A stretch of 58,262 bases of DNA from Minisyncoccota bacterium (lineage in GTDB: Bacteria > Patescibacteriota > Minisyncoccia > Phycocordibacterales > PALSA-1337): the NCBI GenBank assembly GCA_036170235.1, contig JAVHOW010000002.1:1-58262 (forward strand). The letters run 5' to 3'. The notes under the pieces were generated by a model. It did no database searches. It was not told the DNA's origin and was given only the letters and a program-made list of their open reading frames with translations. A program made the position numbers and the translations under genes. Positions 28,701 to 39,690 of the stretch are shown here, one piece after another. Numbering within the stretch: the first letter of the stretch is position 1; every line of letters begins with the position of its first letter.

Positions 28701-31700
28701 TTACCTCCCAACTCCCCTGACTCCGCACCACTCGCATTTCATGTCGTCACATTTAGTACGCGCGATTTCACCACTCCATACCGAATCAATCAGCGACTGA
28801 ATTTCTTTTTTGACTCGATCGACATCAGTAGACTCAATCGGCAATATCACCGTTGGACATCTCCCTTTATCGTCAGGCGAGACGAATACCAACGCCGGCA
28901 CGATTTGCCTTGAACGCCAGCGCGGATCGTTACTCAAAAGCATCTTATAGAAAATAAGTTGGCGGAAATAGTTGCCACTAGAATCACTTTTGGTTTCACC
29001 CTTGATAGCATTCACCGACATTGCTTGTCGAGTTTTGTAATCAAAAACGTAGACAATATTACCAGTATCTACAATAGCGTCGAGTTTTCCATGGAGTGGT
29101 ATTCGAATTTCTACACCATTTTGCGCAAGTCTACCCTGCGCAATAAATTCTGACTCGACCCATGATTCGGTAAAAACAACCGAATTTGATATTGAAGAAA
29201 TTGATGAATTATCAAATGGGCTATCAGGAGCAGGCCTCGACAAATTAAAATGTGACTCCAACGCCTTCGCTACGGCTGGCACATCCGCGAGTAATTCCTT
29301 CTTCGCTGATTCTTTTTCCAAAATCGGCAAAAATGAACCATCAAAATATTCAGCAATTTTTTCATTAAGAATCGCCTCAATTTCCGCCGCTGTTTTCTTC
29401 TTTGAATTCCAAACGCTATCAAACGCCGCATGCATAGCAGTTCCCTTTTCCGCTGGCACAGATGGCGCTTGTGGTAATTTCAAAATACTTTGATAGAGGA
29501 ATGTATTTGGACATTCAAGAAAATGATTGAGTGCGGTGACTGATAAACCTTTTTCGAGAAGTGTATGTTTGGTGATGTCGATAAGTTTTTGGTCTATTGA
29601 ATTACTTTGCGTTGAAGATGAAATCGGCTTCTGACTCGACATCAATTTCACGCTGGCCGACAGCGCTGAAATTGATGTCGAGTCATCCGCCTCATTACTT
29701 TCTTTATCTGTCTTATAAATTTCATCCACTCCAATCCTATGCAGATCCACATGCGTCACGTGTTTTTCATCCAATTCTTCAATGAAGCGCAGTGGTTCCA
29801 ACATTTTTCCATCTGATTCTTCAAGCGCGGTTAATACTGTTACATGCTTGCGTGCACGAGTCAGAGCCACATAAAACAATCGGCGGATATCACGAATGTC
29901 GCTGTCATTGGTTCTTTTCTTTGGCAAAACAAATGAAGCACCTTTTGGTCGACCGATCCATGCTTCTTCTGTAGCATATGGAATAAAAACATAATCAAAT
30001 TCCAGACCTTTACTTCCATGAGCTGTCAAAGCTTGAATAGGTACATCTGGCGCACCGACTGAAACTTTGACTGTGCGAGTTTCTGCTGACGTTCTATATG
30101 CCAGCATGTTCTTGATAAGTTCAGCTGGATCACGAATATCACCTTCACGAGTCAATGATTCGGCCAATGCCACAATCCCACGCCAGACGTGAATATAGGA
30201 AGGATTTTGCGCCACTAAGACGGTAAAACCTGACTGTTCAGCTGCGTGAATAATAAAACCTACGGCGCCGTCATTGAGCATAGAGCGTTGGATTCGAAGC
30301 AGATTTGGAATTTCTTTTTCAATTGAAAATACTTCTTCCTTCTTTGACTGCTTGTTTAATTGTTGAGTAGTTCCCTTATCTAATGATTGAATTCTCCCTT
30401 GTCCACTTCGGAGCGCCCGAACAACCACCACACCTTTTTCAAAAGGAATATTCCACATGCCAGCAATAACAGTTTTTGCTAATGCATCAACCTTTGACGA
30501 ATCAACAAGATATTCAATCAGGTCAAAGAAAAGGCGTCCAACTGGATGGCTGAATATGTCAACACTTCTTTCTGATGAAACTGGGATACTGTGCGATTCG
30601 AGTAAACGAATAATGCGGTCAAGATCACGATTTCGGCGCACTATTATAGCGGTGGTCGCTTTTGGTTCATGTTCGGTAAGTGCCTGTAATTTTTTTACCA
30701 GATGTAATTCGATAGCTGAAACATTTTCGCCAGTCACTACTTCAACAGGTCTAGACTCATCATCACTTCCAGATTTTAATCTAATCCTCAAATCTTTATG
30801 CTCCCCTTCCTCGTAATTTTTTTCAATCATACCAAAACTAGCATCCAAAATACTTTGATGAGATCGATAATTCGTATCAAGTGAAATCAGCTTCATAGCC
30901 GGCCATTTCTTTTGCAATAATAGAAAATTCTCAACTGACGCACCCTGAAAACGATAAATCGCTTGTTTCTCATCACCGACAATAAAAATGTTTGGGGTAT
31001 CAAAGAATTCAGCAATCAGACCAATAATGAAATTCTGCGCGTCATTGGTGTCCTGGTGCTCGTCAACGTGTAAATATAAATAACGTTCTTGAATTAAACG
31101 CAGTAATAATTCATCATTTCGCAAAGCAAGGAGTAATTCGATGATCAAATCATTGAAGTCCATTTTCTTGGCTTCACGCTTTTTTGATTCGTATAATTCG
31201 TAGACATCCGCAAAAAGAATAGTTCGACCATATTTTTCAATCATCTCTTTTGCATCAGCTTTTAATTGCCCTTTTGTCGCACCTCGCGTGGAAATAGATT
31301 CTTCGTCATTTTTGATGCGCACAACTTCATCTTTGGCATATTGCCGAACCATTTCCGGAGTCAGTGCTTCGCGTTTGGCGTCATCAATACTGCGAATAAT
31401 TCCTGAAATATAAGCATCGGGTTTTCCTGCAGGTCTAATATCAGAAAATTTCGGATCAGAAATAATGGTGCGCATAAGTGACTCTTGTTCAATGTCACTC
31501 ATCTGCTTCATGTCGCTAATATGCAAAAAATGATCTGGGTATTCGGCGATCACGGCCGAAGCAAAACCATGGAATGTGTGAATTCTCACATCATGCGCAC
31601 GATCGCCGATAATTCCCTGTAACTTGGTGCGCATGGCTTTGACGCCAGCATCGGTATAAGTGATTGCTAGAATGCCATTTGCAGGCGTATCAGTCTGTTT

Positions 31701-31850
31701 CAAGATGTTAGCTATACGCAGGGTCAGAATGGTCGTTTTACCCGTTCCTGGACCAGCTATGACCATAACTGGACCTTCGATGGAGTCGACAGCCTCTTTT
31801 TGGGCTTTATTCAAGCGGCTATATTGTAAGTTGAACACTTCGTCTGACAT
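28701..31850 (-). CDS. UvrD/REP-family helicase fused to a C-terminal PD-(D/E)XK nuclease
   Basis: AGPGTGKT, VDEHQD, GDEKQAIYRFQGA, HGSKGLEF, YVALTRA; GKLD..FDYKT, RQLIFY, C-terminal Cys cluster. Confidence 0.92.
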   Translation of the reverse strand: MSDEVFNLQYSRLNKAQKEAVDSIEGPVMVIAGPGTGKTTILTLRIANILKQTDTPANGILAITYTDAGVKAMRTKLQGIIGDRAHDVRIHTFHGFASAVIAEYPDHFLHISDMKQMSDIEQESLMRTIISDPKFSDIRPAGKPDAYISGIIRSIDDAKREALTPEMVRQYAKDEVVRIKNDEESISTRGATKGQLKADAKEMIEKYGRTILFADVYELYESKKREAKKMDFNDLIIELLLALRNDELLLRLIQERYLYLHVDEHQDTNDAQNFIIGLIAEFFDTPNIFIVGDEKQAIYRFQGASVENFLLLQKKWPAMKLISLDTNYRSHQSILDASFGMIEKNYEEGEHKDLRIRLKSGSDDESRPVEVVTGENVSAIELHLVKKLQALTEHEPKATTAIIVRRNRDLDRIIRLLESHSIPVSSERSVDIFSHPVGRLFFDLIEYLVDSSKVDALAKTVIAGMWNIPFEKGVVVVRALRSGQGRIQSLDKGTTQQLNKQSKKEEVFSIEKEIPNLLRIQRSMLNDGAVGFIIHAAEQSGFTVLVAQNPSYIHVWRGIVALAESLTREGDIRDPAELIKNMLAYRTSAETRTVKVSVGAPDVPIQALTAHGSKGLEFDYVFIPYATEEAWIGRPKGASFVLPKKRTNDSDIRDIRRLFYVALTRARKHVTVLTALEESDGKMLEPLRFIEELDEKHVTHVDLHRIGVDEIYKTDKESNEADDSTSISALSASVKLMSSQKPISSSTQSNSIDQKLIDITKHTLLEKGLSVTALNHFLECPNTFLYQSILKLPQAPSVPAEKGTAMHAAFDSVWNSKKKTAAEIEAILNEKIAEYFDGSFLPILEKESAKKELLADVPAVAKALESHFNLSRPAPDSPFDNSSISSISNSVVFTESWVESEFIAQGRLAQNGVEIRIPLHGKLDAIVDTGNIVYVFDYKTRQAMSVNAIKGETKSDSSGNYFRQLIFYKMLLSNDPRWRSRQIVPALVFVSPDDKGRCPTVILPIESTDVDRVKKEIQSLIDSVWSGEIARTKCDDMKCEWCGVRGVGR
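29632..29685. mobile_element. 54-nt in-frame palindrome inside the UvrD-nuclease linker
   Basis: 19-bp perfect arms tgactcgacatcaatttca/tgaaattgatgtcgagtca around cgctggccgacagcgc; 18 codons. Confidence 0.7.
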
Positions 31851-31866
31851 GAAAAGATTATAACAC

Positions 31867-31914
31867 TACATAAATAAAAAGCCCGACATTTTAATCGGGC
31901 TTTTTATTTATGTA
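31867..31914. terminator. Intrinsic terminator of rpoD
   Basis: 20-bp IR tacataaataaaaagcccga/tcgggctttttatttatgta. Confidence 0.75.
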
Positions 31915-31917
31915 AAA

Positions 31918-33192
31918 TTAATAGTTCTTGAGTCGATTGATCTTCTCATGTTGTCGTATCTTCTCATGCGCCTTCGCCTCAATCTGACGGATACGCTCAC
32001 GAGTCACACCGAACTCTTTACCAACTTCCTCAAGGGTGTGAGTAATACCATCATTCAAACCGTGGCGCATCTCTAGAATCTTGCGCTCTTTTTCAGAAAG
32101 GTCACCGAGAATCATGTTGACCTGATCACGCAAAATACGACGTGAGGACTCTTGGTCTGGAGAAAGGATCTTGTCATCAGGAATGAAGTCCTGAAGAGTT
32201 GATTTACCATCATCACTATCGTCACCAACTGGACTTTCTAGCGAAATCACATCTTGTTCGATTTTTTCAATTTGATATATTTTTTCTACAGCCATATCCA
32301 TTTCTGTAGCGATCTCATCTGGCAAAGGTTCGCGACCAAGATCGTGAGAAAGGCGGCGTACGACTTGCTTGTATTTTGCGATAGTTTCCACCATGTGCAC
32401 CGGCACACGGATAGTACGCGATTGATCAGCGAGTGCGCGAGTGATAGCTTGGCGAATCCACCATGTGGCATAAGTTGAAAATTTATAACCTTTGGTCCAA
32501 TCAAACTTATCAACCGCGCGGAACAAACCGAGGTTACCTTCTTGAATAAGGTCGAGCAGAGTCAGATCAGGACTACGTCCAACGTATTTTTTGGCAATCG
32601 AAACAACCAGACGGAGGTTGGCTTTGGCTAGCAAATTTTTGGCTTCTGTATCACCTACCTGAATACGCTTTGCTAAATCTTTTTCATCTGACGCGGTAAT
32701 GAGTGGATACTGACCAATCTCTTTCAAATACATCTGAATGGAATCGTATGCGGAATCAGAACCCGTGCGTGAATAGTGCGTGGCGGCTTTCTTTGGGTTG
32801 AGATCCTCTACTTCGAGAAGACCACCGCCTTCGAGCACGTCAACATTGGCAGAGGTGAATTTACTGTACAATTCATCAAGGAACATGATGTCATTTTCAA
32901 TTTGCGGGAATTCCTTCAAAATCTCATCATAGGTAACAAAACCGCGATCACGACCTCTGGTAATGAGTTTATTGGCGCGTACTTCAAAATCCTTAGCCTT
33001 GTCGACTTTTGACAATGGTTTGGTTGACTTAGCGGACTTGTTTGAGCCACTAGTTCTACTTGCACCTTTAGTACTTTTACCAGACAACTTTGATCTATTG
33101 TGTGCTCCACTTTTTACACGAAATGCCACACGCTTCACAGAACGCTTACTACTACTATGAGCTTTTGAGGCTCCTTTTTTAAGTTTTCTCAT
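31918..33192 (-). CDS. rpoD: Primary sigma factor
   Basis: Region 1.1 (RGFVTYDEI), [37 protein letters not shown]; directly downstream of dnaG. Confidence 0.95.
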   Translation of the reverse strand: MRKLKKGASKAHSSSKRSVKRVAFRVKSGAHNRSKLSGKSTKGASRTSGSNKSAKSTKPLSKVDKAKDFEVRANKLITRGRDRGFVTYDEILKEFPQIENDIMFLDELYSKFTSANVDVLEGGGLLEVEDLNPKKAATHYSRTGSDSAYDSIQMYLKEIGQYPLITASDEKDLAKRIQVGDTEAKNLLAKANLRLVVSIAKKYVGRSPDLTLLDLIQEGNLGLFRAVDKFDWTKGYKFSTYATWWIRQAITRALADQSRTIRVPVHMVETIAKYKQVVRRLSHDLGREPLPDEIATEMDMAVEKIYQIEKIEQDVISLESPVGDDSDDGKSTLQDFIPDDKILSPDQESSRRILRDQVNMILGDLSEKERKILEMRHGLNDGITHTLEEVGKEFGVTRERIRQIEAKAHEKIRQHEKINRLKNY

Positions 33193-33278
33193 GATGAGAT
33201 TTGGAGAAAATATTAATTAACTTGATGATTGTAAGGTATTTGGTAGTTGTATGCAAGGGGGTTGACAAGTATAAAATA

Positions 33279-35132
33279 TCACGTTCTTCTCTTCTTCCCC
33301 ACCTCCGCTTTTCGCATCGACAATACCTGACACTTTTTCGCCAATTCAGCTACACGATTCATGTCATCTGCTTTTTCCGCTGATTTCAAATCATTCATAG
33401 ACGCGATGAGTTCCTGATTGATCACATCTTCTTCAAAGTTAATAATCAGCTCTTTCATATGATTGTCCCAATGTTTCTGATCGCCACCAAAGAATGCTTC
33501 TGCTTCAAAGGTCAAGTCACTCATCAGTGGTTCAATACGAGTGATTCGGTCTGTGTATGACTTATCGGCAATTTTTTGTATTTCCGCGCGATATTCCTTG
33601 GCACTTGGTAAAGAAGATTTTTCTATGAGAGTCAGCAATCCGAACATCCGGCGTTCTATCAAATCCAAATGCGTGCCAACTTCAATTTTCTTATTTATAA
33701 TTTCTGATTTATCCAAAATTGACCCATTAGCAATCGTGCCAGATTGCGATTTTTGATTTAATTCTTTAGGTTTAATTGTTTTAATAAATACTCGTAAATC
33801 ATCCCAAACAGCATGCTCTGATACCTTCATTTTGTCAGCAGTCATTTTTATATAATAAGCTTTATCCATCTCACTATCCATTAATGCTAAATACGGAAAT
33901 ATTCTTTCTTTGACGGCGCGTCCAACCTTATGCTGATCTGTTACATCTCTCAACACATTACCAAGTTCATATTCAATGACATGTTTTGCTTTGCGGAGAA
34001 TATTTTTCCATTCTTCAGGATTTTGAAGAACAATATCAGCAGGATCTTTTCCACCTTCAATATCGGCAATTTTAACAGCCATACCCATAGAAACTGCCGT
34101 GGTTGCTACTGCACGCATAGCCGCCATTTGACCTGCTTTATCGGAATCAAATGCGAGAATTATATTCGGCGACAATCTGCGCACTAAATTGAGATTACTG
34201 ATAACGCCTGTGCTATTAGAAATTTCATCAGTCAGCGCCGTACCCGAAGAAGCCACCGTATTCTTGATCCCCGCCTGATGCGACATAACCAAGTCCATTT
34301 GACCTTCAACCATAATCGTATAATTCATCCGCCGAATATCACTTTTGGCTTTATCTAAGCCATAAAGCACCAAGGACTTGTCGAACAGTGGTGTATCCGG
34401 ACTGTTCAAATATTTAGCAGATTTGCCATCATCTTTTAGAATGCGCCCAGAAAATGCGATCACCCGACCACTCGAGTCAGAGATTGGAAACATCACACGA
34501 CCACGAAAACGGTCGTAGTAACTTGAACTTTTGTCCAAGGTCGGACCTTGGACTTGATTTACATCGCCATTATCTTTATTCTCTTTTCTTTTTATAAGCC
34601 CAGCCTTTTCCATAATCAGATCATTCCACCCTTTTTTCTTGAGATAATCACGCAAATTACTCCACCCTTCTGGCGCCCAGCCAATGCGGAATTCAGCGCG
34701 TGTTGCAGAAGTAATGCCACGCTTCTTCAAATATTCTTGAACTTCTTTTGCTTGCGCCGACTGCAGTCCAAGTTGTCCCTCAAAAAATTTCGTAGCATCT
34801 TCAACTATTTGAAAAAGTCGATCACGTTCACCATCTGCTTTTTTGTCAAAAGTAAGTTGCACTCCCGCACGCTCTGCTAGAACTTTCAAAGCACCACGAA
34901 AATCTAGCCCCTCAAATTGCTCTACAAAAGTAAAAATATCCCCTTTTGCGCCACAACCGAAGCAATAGTACCCGCCACGATCTGGAGATACAAAAAATGA
35001 CGCGCTCTTTTCATTGTGAAAAGGACATTTTGCCTTGTAAGAAGCGCCAGACTTTTCTAGCTTGACATACTGACCGACGACTTCATTTATTGGCAATCGT
35101 TCTTTAATCTGTTCAACGGAAGTGCGATTCAT
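33279..35132 (-). CDS. dnaG: DNA primase
   Basis: CPFHNEK..CFGC, DRFRGR, KYLNSP, VEGQMD, FDSD, KDPAD. Confidence 0.96.
   Translation of the reverse strand: MNRTSVEQIKERLPINEVVGQYVKLEKSGASYKAKCPFHNEKSASFFVSPDRGGYYCFGCGAKGDIFTFVEQFEGLDFRGALKVLAERAGVQLTFDKKADGERDRLFQIVEDATKFFEGQLGLQSAQAKEVQEYLKKRGITSATRAEFRIGWAPEGWSNLRDYLKKKGWNDLIMEKAGLIKRKENKDNGDVNQVQGPTLDKSSSYYDRFRGRVMFPISDSSGRVIAFSGRILKDDGKSAKYLNSPDTPLFDKSLVLYGLDKAKSDIRRMNYTIMVEGQMDLVMSHQAGIKNTVASSGTALTDEISNSTGVISNLNLVRRLSPNIILAFDSDKAGQMAAMRAVATTAVSMGMAVKIADIEGGKDPADIVLQNPEEWKNILRKAKHVIEYELGNVLRDVTDQHKVGRAVKERIFPYLALMDSEMDKAYYIKMTADKMKVSEHAVWDDLRVFIKTIKPKELNQKSQSGTIANGSILDKSEIINKKIEVGTHLDLIERRMFGLLTLIEKSSLPSAKEYRAEIQKIADKSYTDRITRIEPLMSDLTFEAEAFFGGDQKHWDNHMKELIINFEEDVINQELIASMNDLKSAEKADDMNRVAELAKKCQVLSMRKAEVGKKRRT
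34533..34553. repeat. 21-nt palindrome in dnaG encoding VQGPTLD
   Basis: gtccaaggtcggaccttggac, identical to 46736-46756. Confidence 0.85.
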
Positions 35133-35226
35133 GAAGCTATTATAGCGCACAACCCATAGCTATACACACACTACAAGAAAACAACTCTGTAAACGCGAGT
35201 CTACGATTGAGCCTGACACGTTTAAA

Positions 35227-35610
35227 CTACATCAACTTACTTGCCAAGAGTGACATTAGCTTAGCCGCGTTCGCTTGAGCATCTTTACCATCAGCACTTG
35301 CAATGAAAACTTCCCACTGTTTTGTTAGAACAGGATCGTGAATTTGACGAATGTCATTCTCCAACTTGACACGATCTTCGTACGAAATAGTACCCTTGGT
35401 ATTAATAACAGTATCAATGAAAAACTTTAGGAAACGAGAAGTCTGGAAACGGGCATTGCCATCTATTTCATCTTGAGTTTTTTGTTGAGCCAAAAAACGA
35501 ATATTCTCGGTATACTGAATACTGAAGTAAATGTTGCCAATAACAAGAATTAACATCAAGATGTTTGAGACTAAGCGAGTCTTATCTAGGATACCTGTTT
35601 GGAATACCAT
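35227..35610 (-). CDS. Hypothetical single-TM protein
   Basis: 127-aa ORF with N-terminal TM. Confidence 0.65.
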   Translation of the reverse strand: MVFQTGILDKTRLVSNILMLILVIGNIYFSIQYTENIRFLAQQKTQDEIDGNARFQTSRFLKFFIDTVINTKGTISYEDRVKLENDIRQIHDPVLTKQWEVFIASADGKDAQANAAKLMSLLASKLM

Positions 35611-35726
35611 TTGATTTGAATTATTAAATTTAATTATTAAAACTATACCTATTAAATGATTTCGTGACTATAGTATACCATAACTGATTTATCATAAAGA
35701 ATGTGTGTATGCTAGCTGTGCATAAC

Positions 35727-38700
35727 CTAAAAGAACTTGGTTAACCATGAAAATATCTTACCGAAGAAACCTTGCTTATTTGCTGGGGTTTCGGAAGTCT
35801 GTACTGGAGCAACTACGTCAATAGCGAGGGTCAACGATGAAGCTGGAGTAGTCAAGAAATATCGTCCTGGAGTGGTTGAAGCTGTAATACTTGTTGAAAT
35901 ACGGTCTTGGTTCTGAACGAAATTAATAGTTCTGCCATCAAAAATACCTGTAAATTTACCTTTGCCTGGTGGGATCAAACTAACGGTTAATTTAGCACCC
36001 GGAGTAGTTTCTACCATCTCTACAAAGATATGCTTTGGATCAGAAGCAAGGTATGTGGTAAGACGAATACCATCATTGGCAATGATGAATAGTCCTGGTG
36101 GGTCAAATTCCAAAACAGGAAGAAGTATTGGATGACGAGCCAGGTTCGCTAGGTCTTGAGCTTGATTGAAACCAACTCCAGCTAAGTATCTGCCTAGCTT
36201 CGCATTCTTTTTTAAGATCTTTTGAACAGAATCAGGTAATGGTGCAAATACAAAAGATGTAATTGGATTAATAAATGAAAATGCTTTTATAGAAAGTTTC
36301 AATTGTCCTGGAGAAGCCACATTGTCTAATGGATTACCGAGATTAGTTGATCCCGCTTTCGGTTGATCATTACCCAGAAGGTTGAAACCTGGAATCTTTA
36401 TAAGACCGAGTGCGGCAAGTTGGGTTACATTAAATACTCTACTGCCACCAGAAGAAGAGTTTGAGGATTGACTGCTGGTATTAGAACTCGAAGATGGTGC
36501 TGGAGCGGGAGGTGATGTAAAAATAATTCTACTACCACCACTTCCAGAACTTCCTGATGATGGTGGTGATGGACATAAACCTGCGCCTGTTGTTATTTGA
36601 TCACTTCCGGCATTCACAGTAGCACTGGTATACGTAACATCAGTAAGATTCATACTTCCTCCACTACCTCCATATCCGCAAACTGTAGAGTTACCACCAT
36701 TAGCAGATAGAATATTACTAGTAGTTGTTGATATAGTTAGTACACCTCCCCTTCCTCCAGTAGTTGCTCCATCTCCTCCGTTTGCCGAAACATTGCCTGT
36801 GGTGGAGTATGAAATAGTGGTTGTGCCACCATTTCCTCCAGTAACAGTACCCGTGGATCCATTGGCTGTTACAGAACCAGTCACTGTTATGTTGTGAATA
36901 GTAAAAATATGACCGTTCACTCCATCACCGCTACCATTACCATTGACATCTCCTGTGAGAGTGTGGCTGGCACCGTCTAGGGTGACATTGTTGTTTCCAA
37001 TAGTACAGGTGGCAGTGGTGTCAGTAGAAAGTGCGTAGTTGAGATTGCTTCCGAGAAGTGGTGAGGCGCAAGCTGTGGTGATGGTGGCAAAAGAACCTCC
37101 ATTGGCAGTACTAAAAGTGGTAGTGGTATCATATGTCGCTCCGGAAACATCCACGACTGCTCCATCAGCAAGTACAGTCCATGCGCCACTAGTAGTGAAA
37201 CTGCGAGTTGGACTCGTAGCAGTGGTATACCTGCGAGTTTTTGTGCCAGTAACTGTGCCTAGATTTTCAGTGGTATCACCATTAAAAATGGTATTAGAGG
37301 TTGTTGTGCCATGATTATAACTTGTATCATTAAATGTTGTATTTGTTGTTGTGCCATTATTGAAACTATTGTTATTGAAAATCCACGAAGTAATGACGGC
37401 ATTGTCACTACCAACAATAGTCGTGGAAGTTCCATTTCCCCATTGCATACCAGTGGTCAAAGTATTTACGCCTCCAGTGGCAGAAGCGAATGTTGAAGTA
37501 CCAGTGACAGTGCCGGCGTTGTAACTTGTACCATTGAAAGTGGTAGTACCTGTAACTGTATTTGCATTATAACTTGCACCATTGAAAGTAGTACTGCCAG
37601 TGATATTCAGTCCGGGCGAAGCAGCTGTAGCGCTTGTAAAAATAATTCCTGTGGTACTAGCGTCAATACTTAATGGTTTTACCCATGCAATATCAAGGAG
37701 ATCTACACTAGGTGCTGTTGAACCGAGAGTTGTAATCGGATCACTGGCAGTTGGTAGAACTGCAGCTTGAGAAGTGTGATCTGAATACGTCCACCAGTTT
37801 CCTGTAAGAGTGGTCCAGTTGGTATTTGCTCCAGAATTGTACCAATAGCGAGCTGGGCAGGCGCTCGTATTAAATGAAACGATTGAACCGAAACCTGTTC
37901 CAGCAGAGTTGGTGGCATAGGCTCTTACATAGTAAGTATTATTACAAACAAGAGAAGAAAGATTACTAGTGAATGTGGTTGTGGCAGAATATGTTCCTAG
38001 TGTCGTGGTAGCAGTTGAAGAAGTTATAGAAAGGTCAGTAGAAGTACCATAAGCAAAACCATGTTCAGTACCTGCACCAATCATAGCGCCAGTATCGGTA
38101 ATACTTCCATTAAAAGTAGCTGTATTATATGTTATTGCTGAAGTGGAAGAAGCTGTAACGGTTGGGGGTAGAATGAGTATCGTATAAGTCAATTTTACTT
38201 GACCTTGGGCGCCGGCGCCTCCGTTTCTGCTTGTGGATAATCCTATTCCACCACTGCCACCACCACCCAACGTGTTCCCTGGATTACCATACGCATTACC
38301 TTCAGCACTTAATCTGCCAGCTCCACCAGTTCCTCCATCAGGACTCCCTCCGATACCAGCGGTACTAGTCACTGCATTACTTCCATTTCCTGCACTTCCA
38401 GCTCCTCCACCTCCAGCACCTGAATAACTATAGTAGTCAACGGCACCATCCCCACCATTCCCACCATTATAAATAACTGTTCCTATCGCTCCTGTAGGAT
38501 TAAAGATTCTACCATATCCAATAAAACCAGCTCCACCAGTTACACCACCACCTCCACCTTTAGATAAAACTGTTGCAGATGAAAGAAACCATGAATTTCC
38601 ACCTGCTCCTCCATTACTACCTGCAGTACCAGAAGTACCTCCCGCTCCGACATAATAGTTATATGTTGTACCAGGAGAAACTGATACTGTCGTAGAAGCA

Positions 38701-38942
38701 AATCCTCCTCCAGCTCCGCCTCCTCCTGTACCAGTAACACCAAATGAGTAAACTCCACCTCCTCCACCTCCTCCACCAGCCCAAGTATCTACAATTACAG
38801 AAGTGACTCCGTTAGGCGCCGTCCAAGTGTTAGCACCTGTTGTGGTAAAAGTCTCGGTTGTGGCATTGGCGCTAGAAATATTTATTGAGTAAATAAATAT
38901 TACAAAAAAGAATACTAAAATTCTAGAGATTTTCTTTTTCAA
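35727..38942 (-). CDS. Large secreted Gly/Thr-rich surface protein (glycine-rich domain, FN3-like domain, beta-helix-like repeats)
   Basis: Signal peptide, GGGGG-rich block, TYYVRAYATN, repeated TFNG.SYN.GT units. Confidence 0.8.
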   Translation of the reverse strand: MKKKISRILVFFFVIFIYSINISSANATTETFTTTGANTWTAPNGVTSVIVDTWAGGGGGGGGVYSFGVTGTGGGGAGGGFASTTVSVSPGTTYNYYVGAGGTSGTAGSNGGAGGNSWFLSSATVLSKGGGGGVTGGAGFIGYGRIFNPTGAIGTVIYNGGNGGDGAVDYYSYSGAGGGGAGSAGNGSNAVTSTAGIGGSPDGGTGGAGRLSAEGNAYGNPGNTLGGGGSGGIGLSTSRNGGAGAQGQVKLTYTILILPPTVTASSTSAITYNTATFNGSITDTGAMIGAGTEHGFAYGTSTDLSITSSTATTTLGTYSATTTFTSNLSSLVCNNTYYVRAYATNSAGTGFGSIVSFNTSACPARYWYNSGANTNWTTLTGNWWTYSDHTSQAAVLPTASDPITTLGSTAPSVDLLDIAWVKPLSIDASTTGIIFTSATAASPGLNITGSTTFNGASYNANTVTGTTTFNGTSYNAGTVTGTSTFASATGGVNTLTTGMQWGNGTSTTIVGSDNAVITSWIFNNNSFNNGTTTNTTFNDTSYNHGTTTSNTIFNGDTTENLGTVTGTKTRRYTTATSPTRSFTTSGAWTVLADGAVVDVSGATYDTTTTFSTANGGSFATITTACASPLLGSNLNYALSTDTTATCTIGNNNVTLDGASHTLTGDVNGNGSGDGVNGHIFTIHNITVTGSVTANGSTGTVTGGNGGTTTISYSTTGNVSANGGDGATTGGRGGVLTISTTTSNILSANGGNSTVCGYGGSGGSMNLTDVTYTSATVNAGSDQITTGAGLCPSPPSSGSSGSGGSRIIFTSPPAPAPSSSSNTSSQSSNSSSGGSRVFNVTQLAALGLIKIPGFNLLGNDQPKAGSTNLGNPLDNVASPGQLKLSIKAFSFINPITSFVFAPLPDSVQKILKKNAKLGRYLAGVGFNQAQDLANLARHPILLPVLEFDPPGLFIIANDGIRLTTYLASDPKHIFVEMVETTPGAKLTVSLIPPGKGKFTGIFDGRTINFVQNQDRISTSITASTTPGRYFLTTPASSLTLAIDVVAPVQTSETPANKQGFFGKIFSWLTKFF

Positions 38943-38988
38943 GATGGATATATTGTAACATAGAAATGTTAGTTTTTGGCTAATTTGT

Positions 38989-39064
38989 TGGTGCCGAGAC
39001 CCGGGTTCGAACCGGGGACCCCCGCTTCTTCAGAGCGATGCTCTACCAGCTGAGCTATCTCGGC
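38989..39064 (-). tRNA. tRNA-Phe(GAA), CCA encoded
   Basis: Reverse complement gccgaga...ctGAAga...tctcggcacca. Confidence 0.95.
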
Positions 39065-39153
39065 GTATCTATTTCAATTAACTTTATCACAACATCAATG
39101 TCCTCTATGTATATCTGCCAAGACAGCATATCTCGGCGTATAAATATAAAGAA

Positions 39154-39441
39154 CTATTTCCACAAATCCTTCAACGAACTCGCGGCATTCTGCGCGGTAT
39201 TCATATTGCCCTGAATTCCCTGCAAACCACCTTGTAGCTGACCATACGCACCGAGCATGGTTTCCAAATATGGCTGAATGAAGTAATACGCACCAAAACT
39301 AAAGACGAGAATGAGCACCCAGTACAGGATCCGCATCACTGTCGAAAAGCGATTTGAACGACGAATCGAGTGCAGTATTTCATTATTTTCCTCGGCGAGC
39401 TTATGCGTCCGCTCGAGTAAAGAACGTTCTTCTGGGGTCAT
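39154..39441 (-). CDS. Small single-TM hypothetical protein
   Basis: 95-aa ORF, LAEENNEIL followed by a TM segment. Confidence 0.7.
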   Translation of the reverse strand: MTPEERSLLERTHKLAEENNEILHSIRRSNRFSTVMRILYWVLILVFSFGAYYFIQPYLETMLGAYGQLQGGLQGIQGNMNTAQNAASSLKDLWK

Positions 39442-39491
39442 GGGAACAGTCTAGCAGAAAATAATAAATGCCGCAAAATCGTAGGAGTTAT

Positions 39492-39521
39492 GGAGGTGTC
39501 ACCTCCATAGGTGACACCTCC
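39492..39521. repeat. REP-like doublet of AGGT-N3-ACCT
   Basis: ggaggtgtcacct-ccat-aggtgacacctcc. Confidence 0.7.
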
Positions 39522-39576
39522 CGTACCTGCGAAGAGTTTACAGTTAGTAACTATTAGTTTACAGTTAAGCGACACC

Positions 39577-39648
39577 GCCCCCGTAGTTCAACGGATAGAA
39601 TAGACGCGTCCTAAGCGTTTGATGTCAGTTCGATTCTGGCCGGGGGCA
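39577..39648 (+). tRNA. tRNA-Arg(CCT)
   Basis: Acceptor gcccccg/cgggggc, anticodon loop gtCCTaa. Confidence 0.92.
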
Positions 39649-39690
39649 CAAAAATATCCAAATGCTCGTTCAAATTTTTATTCACCTTTT

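Noticed and set aside
29121-29143. ttgcgca-agtctaccc-tgcgcaa palindrome in the UvrD-nuclease gene (AQGRLAQ)
   Set aside because: Only 7-bp arms and a loose resemblance to the AGGT-N3-ACCT family; could be chance.
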